A DNA stretch of 59,111 nt, filler included, from Jimgerdemannia flammicorona (Eukaryota), in the NCBI GenBank assembly GCA_003990765.1. It is 3 parts of 3 records of this genome, joined end to end, with 100 filler letters (N's around TTAATTAATTAA, not from the genome) between each part and the next. Parts side by side here need not be neighbours in the genome. Positions count along the whole stretch, not along the records: positions 1 to 19,645 come from RBNJ01001888.1; positions 19,746 to 39,378 come from RBNJ01001889.1; 1 more part is not named here. One strand, written 5' to 3'. The notes under the pieces were generated by a model. The model saw only the letters and a list, made by a program, of their open reading frames with translations. It searched no databases and had not been told where the DNA came from. This document shows, one piece after another, positions 14,119 through 24,227 of the stretch. The translations under genes were made by a program, and so were the position numbers. Each line of letters opens with the position of its first letter. Position 1 is the first letter of the stretch.

Positions 14119-15884
14119 TATTTTATTTTTTTTTATTTTATTTTATTTTTTTAACAGACTCATAGTCCTGCAGATTTTTATTGAAAGGGAACCTAGACTA
14201 TATAGGCCAAAACCCTCCCCCACTACCCATCAAACAATATCCCCTCATTAATCTAGGCTACTAAACTGTCCAGTAGTCCCACTGCTCCAGCTATGTCTGT
14301 CAAACACTAGCTATATTGACCCCAATGACATAGACTAGACTTGTCTGCTCACCAGGGCTAGATCATCATTTACATGCAAGAGCACACCTATGCATTGGAT
14401 CTAGCAGTACTGGGACTGAATAAAGAATAGCCCCCCAAACCCCAAAAGAAAGCCTGAGGTAAAGAAAAAACCCCCCAACCAATCAATAGAGAACAAAGTA
14501 GATTCAGAGCAGATGAATAAAGGACTTATATGCAGAACCTTCCTCAAAGAACTTATATATACATGGGCTAGGACCAGGAAAGACCCCACTCTCACTCTCT
14601 AAGTCTGTGGGCCTCAATCATATTGCCATATCAGCTCCTAGTTTCAGTTGGGTATAGCCAAATAAGGAAGGCCCCACTCTCCAAGCCTGCAGGCCTTGAT
14701 TGCATTGCCGCATCAGCTCCCAGTTCTAGTTGGGTACAGCTAGGACACCAGCCCCTATACCACCCCACCCCCTATCAGCCAATCAAAAGGTCCCACCAAA
14801 ATATTGTTCATCTTAGCCCCAATGACTGCCCCCAGCCTGGCATCCCACTGGTTCATCATTATTGCCCTTCCTCCTATCTGTGATGGCCATCTCCCCTCCC
14901 ATCCCAACATCACCCAAAAAACAGTCACCTATGTCAGAACTATGCTTGCCAGGAAGCTCGCCAAAGCCAGAGGGCCCCACCACAGATACTAAGGATCTGC
15001 AGGTAACCTATACTGAGCACTTGACACCCAAGGTCAGCCAACTCCCTATGTAGTCTGAGACACACCAAGACAGTACCTTGTTGGCAATAGCAAAAGGAAG
15101 AAGGTGCTGCACCAAAATGGATGCACTCCAGATGCAGCCAAAGGCACCAGAAACCATGAAAAAGTGGAGAAGACACTGATCCAACACCAATAAAGGGGTA
15201 ACTTATCACCATTGCCCTCCTCCCACCATACCTATACAAGGTAGAGGAGGTAATAATAGGTAGTGCTCCTAACGAGTCAATTTAATCCGGATTGGATTCG
15301 GATTGATTCGGATTGAATCCCATCCGAATCAACTTGGATGGGATTCGAATCAACCATTGTTTTGATTTCCAAATTAGATAATTAAATGTTTACATCAATA
15401 ACTCAATGAATAATCATCCAAATTTGATGATCTTGGTGTCATTTGAAAGCCCTCAATAAGGCCTATCTAATGATACCAAGAACATTGAAATCGGATCATG
15501 TGTTGCTGAGTTATGAAGGAAACCGTCTGAATCGCCGATTTTGGAAATTCTTCGATTTGCCAATTTTGGAAATTTCGTCAAATAGAACGTTTTCCTTAAT
15601 ATCTCGGCAACGTGTAATCCGAATTTAATGTTCTTGATATCATTAGGAAGGCCTTATTAAGGGCTTTCAAATGACACCAAGATCATCAAATTTGGATGAT
15701 TATTCATCGAGGTATTGATGTAAACATTTAATTGTCCAATTTGGAAATCAAAACAATGGTTGATTCGAATCCATCCGAATCCCATCCGGATTGACTCGTT
15801 CGGAACACTAATAATAGGGGAAAGGGGACTCAGAAGGTTGCCTACCAAACCTTGTGACTGGTAAGATAGCAGAGAAAGGAGCTC
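14119..15884 (-). mobile_element. Non-autonomous LINE-like retroelement (~1.2 kb without its MITE insert), complete copy
   Basis: 16-bp TSD TGGTAAGGTTTTATTT at 14103-14118 and 15885-15900. AATAAA plus an (AAAAT)n/poly(A) tail lie at the left end on the minus strand. No RT. Other copies at 18677-19395 and 36623-36786. Confidence 0.8.
15261..15810. mobile_element. hAT-family MITE, 550 bp
   Basis: TIRs TAGTGCTCCTAACGAGTCAAT and ATTGACTCGTTCGGAACACTA. 8-bp TSD ATAATAGG at 15253-15260 and 15811-15818. The paralogous host copy (~18735-18760) shows the empty site. CpGs are retained. Confidence 0.95.
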
Positions 15885-16871
15885 TGGTAAGGTTTTATTT
15901 ATGTAAATCTTATATTTTGTGACTTTGAGTTGACTCAGCTTAATGCTCTGTAACTTCAGTTTGACTCAGCTTTGTGATCTTATATGTGATTTTAGTAGCT
16001 TAGAGGTTGTGCACTTATACTATAAAATGAACTTTTTGCTAAAGAGGAAATATCTCTATGCTTGTAGAGATCAGATAATAGCAAAGAGTATCTTATCTTA
16101 TATTATATAATTTCTTTTATACTCATTGAGTTTCTGAGACAGATAGATAATAGAGTATTCATATTGAGTCAGAACTGCTCTAATGGTAATGTTTGAAGCA
16201 TTAGTAGTAACTATGAAGAGTCTAATTAGGTCAGGGCTGATCAGGATTAGTATATTTTTAGTATTCTCTTGAGAGTATTCATAACTATAGTATATGCTTC
16301 TATCTATTCTCTTTCAATTTTAGCTCCTTTTTTTGGCAAGACTTGTGAGTGGGGCAGCAATTGTAGAGAATCTTTGAAAAAATCTCCTGTAATATTCTAC
16401 CAGTTTATTGAATTCTTATAAAAACTTAAGGGTTCTCAGAATGGGTCAATTGCAGATTACTTGAGTCTTCTTGGGGTTAATAGCAATACTATTTTCTGAG
16501 ATAATATGGCCTAAGTATTTAATTTTCTTCTTGAAAAAGTGATATTTCTTTCTTTTTACTAAGAGCTTATATTTGTAGAGTATGTTAAATATCATTTATA
16601 GATATTATTGATTCAAGATATTACTTGTACTGTACACCAGGATATCATCTAGATAGACTAGGATAAATACTCCAAGATATTTTCAAAAGATGTCATTCAT
16701 CAGTATTTGAATGGATACTGATGCATTTGTGAGACTAAATGATATTATACAAAATTCATAATATTCAAATCTTATTTGAAAGACTGTCTTGGGAATATCT
16801 TCTTCTTTGATATATATTAGATAATATCTAGATATATGATTGATGAGTGAGAAGGTCTTGGTCTTATATAT

Positions 16872-17261
16872 ATACTTGGTCAGAGCAATCTTTATCTCTT
16901 TTATTTATATCAATTTCAGTTTGCAAACTCTTGAAGGATAAAGATGATGAAGAAGACAACTTTCAAGAATTACTTAAGGATTATAAAGATATCTTTCAGG
17001 AATCCCAAGAACTGTCACCAGTCTGAGCAGTAGAATATAGTATTGAAACCATTTCCAGTTCTGACCCCTTCTACTATAAAATCTACTGACTAGCTCAACC
17101 CAAGCTAAAGACTCTCATCAAACTTACCATATAGTGCACCAATCCTCTTTATTTATATGAATAATAAAAGTCTTTATTTGTATATTGATTATTAAGCACT
17201 AACAAAGATTTCAATCGAGAATTAATATGTACTTTTAAGAATTGATGAATTACTTGACTAT
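16872..17261 (+). mobile_element. Inverted N-terminal RT segment of a Ty3/gypsy element
   Basis: Plus strand reads FQELLKDYKDIF...PYSAPILF...YIDY*AL...LRIDELLD, which continues naturally into minus-strand IYKTKTFSLI at ~16870. Confidence 0.75.
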
Positions 17262-17299
17262 AAAGTCTACTCAGTTACTGTGAGCTTAAGAAAACTAAT

Positions 17300-18300
17300 C
17301 ATCCAATAGTTCTGCAGCTCTGTCCATATTGCTAAAGTCAGATCTAAGCTTAAGAATCTTCAATTCTATAATGATAAAAATGAAGAACTTCAAGCATTTA
17401 CTACAAGACTAAAACTCCTCCTAAATACAATAAGAGTAGAATACAGCTAACAAGAATAGACTATAAATAGAACCTGAGCTACCTACTTCTTTAATACTAT
17501 CTCTGAATAGTTATTAGAAAAAATTTATGAATAAGAACAACTCTATAATTACTTATATAAACAATAGTTCCTAGGATAAGCTATCACTAAAACATATACT
17601 ATTTTTATAACTTAAAGGCTAAGAGACAACAGAAGTAACAAAGAAGATATCAATTCAAGAAGAAGTGTAAACTTTAGAATAAATTCCCAAGACTATAAGA
17701 TAGATTAAAAAAACTATCTAATAAGGAAATAGAAGAACTCATAAAGAAAGAAGTATGTTTTCACTATAAAAAGAGAGAATATATACATATCTCATAAATA
17801 CTCTGATAAGAAGATCAATATAAATAAAGAACTATCCTCCTCATATACCATTACTATAATAGAAGATAATCTCAAAGAAATCTCTGAAAAAATCAAGATC
17901 AAGAGATTCAATATTGCTGTGAAAATCTCAGACAAAGTATATGAATCTAATACTGACTATAATCTCTACCTAACATAGAAGTAATCATCAAACCAGACAA
18001 GTAAGGGACTATTATCACAGGTATAGAATAGAAGTCTCTAAAGAAACCTATAACTATCTTATAGAAAAGAGTAGTCTGATCAAAGAAGAGAGACTCCATA
18101 TAGCTGAAGGAGTTATAGACCAAGAATTCAAAGATGAAATCAAGGTTCTGCTATATAATACTAGATAGAAGAAAGTTGAAATAACATGTAGAAAATGAAT
18201 CATCTAAGCCATTATTGAGATAATTAATAACCTTAAAGTTGAAGAAATAAATGAACCATTACTCTCTAATATAGGAGAAATTTTTTTCAGATTTATAGAA
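17300..18300 (+). mobile_element. Degenerate LTR-retroelement gag zinc knuckle fused in frame to a dUTPase
   Basis: CFHYKKREYIHISY (17756-17797) reverts by transitions to CX2CX4HX4C. NTDYNLY (17949) reverts to DAGYDLY. Then KSSL, GVIDQEFKDEIKVLL (18109-18153) and FRFIE (reverts to FGSTG, ~18286-18300). Confidence 0.8.
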
Positions 18301-18524
18301 AAGTATCTTGATAAGATCAAGAAAAAGACTAATATACTATAATATACAAAATAGTATATATAACCAGATGATATAAATACTATAGTTACTTTATTGTTAT
18401 AGAAATTTTATAAATAACCAGATAGCTAAAAAGAGAAATAAATAGTTAATATCTACTAGACAGTAGATATCCACTAGATAGCTAATATCTACTAGATAGT
18501 AAATTATCTAATTCTTATCTATAC

Positions 18525-18676
18525 TCTTGTCTGAGTTTCTGAGGTCTGAGAGAGGGAATATTTATACTAATAGGAGGCTATCTAGACTAGGCTAAATATG
18601 AGTATAGCACTTTAGTACTTGATGAGTCAGAATATAGTCACATTGTACAAAGTATGAACTAATATATTAAGAGATG
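18525..18676 (-). repeat. LTR-like repeat, copy 2, cut by the retroelement at 18677
   Basis: Matches 12660-12830. Confidence 0.6.
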
Positions 18677-19395
18677 TCCCCTTTCTCTGCTATCTTACCA
18701 GTCACAAGATTTGGTAAATGACCTTCTGAGTCTCCTTTTCTCTATTATTACTCCTCTACCTTAGGTTGGTTTGCTGTACCTGTATAGACATGGTGGGAGG
18801 AGGGTAATGGTGATGAGTTGCCTCTTTATCAGTGTCAGATCAATGTCTTCTCTACTTTTTCATGGATTCTGGTATCTTCAGCTATATCTGGGGTGTACCC
18901 ATTTTGGTGCAGCATCTTCTTCCTTTTGCCATTATCAATAAGGTATTGTCTTGATACATTACAGATTATATAGAGAGTCGGCCAACCTTGGGCCTTAAGT
19001 ACCTAGTATAGATTACCTACAGGTCCTCAGTACCTGTGGTGGGGCCCTCTGGCTTTGGTGAGCTTTTCAGCAAGTATGGTTCTAGTGTAGGTGACTGTTT
19101 TTCAGATGTTGTTGGAATGGGAGAGAAGATGGCCATTATAGATAGGAGAAAGGATAATTATAATGAACCAGTAGAGTGCCAGACTGAGAGTGGTCATTGA
19201 GGCTAGAGCAGGTACTGCTTTAGTGGGGCCTTTTGATTGATATAGAGCAGTTAGATAGTAGGTATCACTTTCAGCTTCTTTTGGCAATTCAGCAGGTTGG
19301 ACCCCAGTCATTGGGGGAGATCAGGGGGGCCAAGGTTACCTATTTCAGGTATCTTGGCTACACTTAACTAGAACTGAGAGCTGACATAGCAATGT
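18677..19395 (+). mobile_element. Non-autonomous LINE-like element, copy 2 (5' part), interrupted by an L1-like LINE
   Basis: Reverse-complement match to ~14700-15884 without the MITE; begins CCCCTTTCTCTGC. Confidence 0.85.
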
Positions 19396-19407
19396 TATTA
19401 ACATACG

Positions 19408-19645
19408 GATCTTTCTCCGGTAACATTCAGGTTACACAAGACTCAGACAACACTTTCTACAATGTTTTTGGTGTCCGACGACTAACAACATGGATGGCAA
19501 CGATCGATCTGGTGAGCGTACTGGCCAGGGGGGTGGCGGCGCCTTTGGCTGGCAGCAGGTGGGGAGGAGGGGAGATGGTTTGGGGATGCCAGGGGCCTCG
19601 ATGGCTAGCCGGGGCCCCAGCGGCGGAGGGAGGGGAGGTCTGAGG
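19408..19645 (+). mobile_element. L1-like LINE 5' end (copy 1), running into an assembly gap
   Basis: Matches 29804 onward; ORF1 ATG at 19490. Confidence 0.85.
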
Positions 19646-19745
19646 NNNNNNNNNNNNNNNNNNNNNNNNNNNNNNNNNNNNNNNNNNNNTTAATTAATTA
19701 ANNNNNNNNNNNNNNNNNNNNNNNNNNNNNNNNNNNNNNNNNNNN
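19646..19745. other. Assembly gap with artificial TTAATTAATTAA linker
   Basis: N-runs flank a six-frame-stop linker; same structure as 39379-39478. Confidence 0.97.
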
Positions 19746-22088
19746 GACCCAACAGTCAAAGCATTCCAACCAGGCCTCCTCCACACTCCCCATACCAGCC
19801 TACTCCCCCAATGTCCATCGTCCCCAATGTCCCCCATCCCTTTTCTAACCAGGATGCCAACCTGCCCTGTCCATATAGCTGCCCCACCCCATTCCCGAGT
19901 CCAGTCCAGTAGGTCCACATCTGGCTCATACCACACATCCTGCAATAGGAAGAGATCTGCCTCCAGACCCTTCAACCAGCTAAAAATGTTTCTATGCCGT
20001 TTTGCCCCCCTTAGCCCATTGACATTCAAAGAAAAGATTCTAGTTGTACTGTTCATATTGAATAATTTTGGTAGGGATATCACAATCTAGAACTCCATGC
20101 TCCTCCTGTCCCCCTCCATATCCATGCGTCGCTCAGCCTCCAACTCGTCCTCCATCACCTCCTGCACATCCAGTGCCTCCAAGATTTCCTGGCACTCTGC
20201 TCCATCAACTACTTCGAATTCGGTCCGATACTCCCTGCACACTACTCCCCACTTCTCCAACCCTTTCTTCGAGTTCCACAGGTAAGCTGCTCGATCATTC
20301 GCAATCACTCGAAGTTCCTCCTCTCGCTGATCATCGACTTGATACTCCACCGACTCCAGGAGCACCGCCAGAATTTCATTCCGGACCTTCATTGGCATCT
20401 TCTCACCACGCAGAATTTCCTCCCAGTGCCTATCACTCATAACCCAGAAGTCCTCACCTCCCAGCTCCTCAGCTGCCACCCCTTCCAGAGTCTTCCACAG
20501 CAACTTCTCCTCCTCCACCACTGCCTCGGCACTCTGGGCACTCCCTTCCCCCCCAACCACTGGGTCCCCCACTGCGATCCTCCTTCCCGACTCATCCCAC
20601 TCCTCCTCCAGGACATCAAGAAGCTCCTCCTCACCTCCGACTCCTCCCGGGACCCCGTATTGTGGCTGTACTTCTATGCTCATCTCAGCGTCCTCCACCC
20701 CACTGCCCTGCCCTCCTTCCCCATGGACCTCTTGGGCCACCCTTTGATCTACTCTGGGCTCCCCAGCCCAGTCACTTTCCCTCGATCCCCCTCCACTTCC
20801 TCCCTCTCCATCTTCCACCACGCCTCCTCCCAATTTCTCCAACAGCTCCCTCTGAATACGCCTCCCCTGCATCTTCTCCCAAGTTCCTCAATCCATCCTG
20901 ATCTTCTTCCCTTCTACAATTTCCACCACCATCTTGGCCTCATACTCCTTTCAAGCCAATCGTCTCCTCTCGACAGCTCCCGTCAGATCCTCAAGAGCCT
21001 CCAGCAAATTCTCCTCTTCCTCCAGTGTCCCTTTCACCTGAGAGACCCTGCACTCAGCCTGTCCCCACTTCAGCATCGCCGGCCAGTCCCTCGCCTTCCC
21101 CATGTTCTCCCGACTAAACAAGCGTACTCTTACATCAACGTCTCCAGTCCTAAGTTCTGTACCCTCCCAGACTTTGAACCCGATATCAATGACATTCCCA
21201 TACTCCTTTACCACCTCCACAATCAACTCCCTAGCCCTCTCCCATGACACCATAGGAAGATCCAGCACTGTCAACTGCACCACTCTTGGGTCCCAGTGCA
21301 TGCACCTTGCCATAGGAACTACCACTCCACCCACTACTACCCCTTTCTCCATAGCCTCCAGCATCGACACCTCTTCTTCAAACCCAACCTCAATCCCTTC
21401 CTTCCCCTTCATGAACTTGACCGTAGCTGCCCCCTTCACCTCCTGCACCACCAGCCCCAGGATCATCCTCACAGTCACTGCCAAGCCTCAGAAACACAAT
21501 GTGACCACGAATTCTGACCTCGACTTTTTGAGTAACGGTGCCGACACCATGCCTGTCACTCCATCAGCCAGGTCCCCGGGCCTCGTGCCCTCCTTCTGAC
21601 CAGATCCGCCAACCACCGTCACATCTGGATTTTTCTCCAGATTCCCCGTCACAGCCCCATCAGCAGTCACATCTCCAACCCCTACTCCCCCTCCCCCCAT
21701 ACCGACTGAGGCTCCCATGGGGGATCCTCCCTGCCCTCCTTCTGAACCCAGTATCACCTTCCCCAGTCCCAACCAACCATCCAGCCCTGCGGCCATCTTC
21801 CCCATCCTGACCTTGTTGGCAAAGGTCGCCCTCCCCCCACCTCTCTGCCTCAGTCTACCTCTCCCTCCACCTCCAGCGCCACCACCCACCACAGACAGCC
21901 CTGGAATCTCCAAACCATCTCCTCGTTTCCTCCCAACCTGCTGCCAGTCGAAGGCCCGGCTGCCCCCCTGGCCGACCTGCCCACCAGTTTGCTTGTTGCT
22001 CGCCATGTTGATAGTAGCTTTTCACCAAAAACTTCGCAGAAAGTGTTGTCCAAATCTTGTGTCACCTGAATGTTACTAGTGAAAGGTG
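19746..22088 (-). mobile_element. L1-like LINE (copy 2): 5' UTR, ORF1 (22006-20087, ~639 codons, two nonsense changes) and start of the ORF2 APE endonuclease (ATG 20056)
   Basis: Three track ORFs lie in one frame, broken by TGA codons. ORF2 reads IFSLNVNGL...ADLFLLQD. The 5' end CACCTTTC is at 22088. Confidence 0.92.
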
Positions 22089-23849
22089 CTGACCAGAATT
22101 CGATATCAGATAATCCTTGCAGATTATGCTGCTGCTATCCGAGATCAAGTAGCTGAAGCAACCTTCATGAAAGGAGTCCATCCAGAAAAAGCCATGGCCA
22201 TCTGCTCATCACCAGTAATTCTGGATCTACCACAGAAGGTCACCTATGCTCAGCAATACTAGATAGCCAGACATCCACAAGACCATACAATGGAAAGGGT
22301 CACAGGAGTCAGAATCGAGGCACCCAAGGCAACTAGTGTGATCCCTACCACAATGATCAATCGAAATACACCTCAGCCAAAAGTTACAGAGCAGCAAAAG
22401 AACAGTGACCCTATGGAGGAACTTGCCAAAAGGTTTGCCAAAATGACTGCCCACCTGGGAGATGTAGTAAAGGAAATTTGAGAAAGAGACCGCCACTCTG
22501 TCCAGAAGTTCGCCACCACCTCAGACAAGAAGAAAGGCACCTGCTATACTTGTGGAGAAGAAGGCCACTACTCTTATGAATGCATGAGCAAAACCAAGCA
22601 CAAGGCTCAACCAAAGCAATGCTATATGAAACAAAGAGCAGGCCAATATAATTACCTTTGAGGAGATTGGAGATTCTGATGAAGAAGAATGGGAGGCCTA
22701 TCCTGCTCAGACCACCAAGAAGAATGCTTGCAAAGTGCCCTACAAGAGACCACCAGGAAGACCCAAGAAGAACCCAGTGGAAAAGCAGATGGAAACTGCC
22801 ACAGAAAGCCAAGCTGAAGAGATGGACCAAGATATAGAGCTGGAGCAAGCAGTTCAAGATATCATCCGAGGAACCACTCCAGCCAGTGAAGGAGAAAAAG
22901 AAAAGAAGCTTTGCAAGACCAAGACCTTCAAGTATGATATCTTCAAGGACCTCAGCGAACAAAAGGTCAATGCAACCTTTGGTCAGCTTGCAGAAATCCC
23001 AACATTCAGACAGCAAATGAGGTTTGGACTTGCTGAAACAACTAAGAAACAGGGATGGAAGATAACTGAGGCCAATAATATTCAAGAGGACTCAGGAGAA
23101 GAAAGTGAGGACAATCACAAAACCTCTGCATATGCAACATGCCAAATTGAAGATAGAATCTTTGAGGCCATCATTGATACAGGAGCAGGAGGATATCTCC
23201 TCAGCAAGAAGGCAGCAGACTGCCTAGGTTGGGATGTGGAAGAAGCAACTAAGCTAGTGTTCATCACAGCCGATGGCACAAGAGCCACACCTCTGGGAAA
23301 GATCCAAGACATTCCCATCAAGATTGGAGGAGCAACCATCTCAGTAAATGTAATTGTAACCAACACCACCAACTATGACATCCTCATTGGCAATCAATGG
23401 CTTCACAAAGCCAAGGCAGTAATCGATCTCAATGCCCAGAAGATACAGATCACCTACCAGGGACAGAAGATACAAATTCCCATCAATGTTAACAAAGGAG
23501 TCCTGCTCGACATGGAGGAAGAAGAGAGCAAACAAGAGGAAGCTTATATGGTGACTACTCCAAAGAAGAAGAAAGTTGGATGGATGAGTGAAGAAGAATG
23601 GTGCAAGAAGATGGCAAAAGGCTATGCACCACAAGGAGTCTGTCCTCATGGAATCAGGATGTACTATATGGAGCATATCAATGATTGCTACCAGTACACC
23701 ATCAGAATCAGGAAGATCCACCAGGAAAGAAGGCAGAAAGCTCTCAAAAAGCAGATCAGAGAAGAAGAGAAGGAGGAAGATGATGAACCACCAGCTCTCC
23801 TGGAGGACAGTGATGATGAAAAAGAAATCAAGGTCACCCTGATGCAGTC

Positions 23850-24227
23850 TTGCCAGAATACAAGTCAGAAAATGCAGCTGGAATGGACATCACTACAGTA
23901 GAAGAGACTATACTAGAACCCCAGACAACCACCCTACTTGCAACCAGATTGGAGATGACCATCCCAAAGGATCATGTCGGGATTCTCAAGACAAGAAGCA
24001 GCCTGGCTAGAAGCAAAATTACAATTGAAGGAGGAGTCATTGATTCAGACTACACTGGAGAAATTCTACTCATTGCTAGGAATCACAATCCTACAATCCC
24101 ATTTCCAGTCAAGAAGAAGGACCAATTGGCGCAAATGTTGATCTTTCTGATCCTACAACCAAAGATCATAGAAGTTAAGAAGCTGGAGGAAATAAGAAGA
24201 GGAAAGAAAGGATTTGGATCCACAGGA
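23850..24227 (+). CDS. Trimeric dUTPase domain within the retrotransposon pol, in frame with RT
   Basis: All five motifs are present: AGMD, RSSL, GVIDSDYTGEI, LAQ, RGKKGFGSTG. Confidence 0.95.

Larger units (their letters stand above)
12230..16019. mobile_element. LTR-type insertion (probably a solo LTR carrying further nested elements) inside the RNase H of the chromodomain gypsy
   Basis: 5-bp TSD CTATA at 12225-12229 and 16020-16024. Inverted termini TATAAG...CTTATA fit a mutated TGTAAG...CTTACA. Removing the insert restores the RNase H frame KKFIL*TDYQGL. Confidence 0.75.
10590..16868 (-). mobile_element. Degenerate chromodomain-bearing Ty3/gypsy LTR retrotransposon (RT-RNase H-integrase-chromodomain), split by nested insertions
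   Basis: RT ILVYLDDILVYS (~16630-16670) and KYLGHII. RNase H TTNASN (ancestral TDAS), then TDYQGL and YIARTKNDIADALS. Integrase relics: zinc finger (~11700-11830), IDFIVQL, STVYYLQTDG*IERTNQ, LAKFVYNNS. GPY relic ~10935. Chromodomain relic YYFIKWKEYLKYNTI*EKED ~10620-10680. Confidence 0.9.

Noticed and set aside
19646..19745. TTAATTAATTAA palindrome inside N-runs (also 39379-39478)
   Set aside because: Artificial scaffolding linker with stops in all six frames.
20068..22079. Long Pro/Ser/Leu-rich plus-strand ORFs (also 29900-30733 minus and 40779-41399 plus)
   Set aside because: Antisense shadows of the G-rich LINE ORF1.
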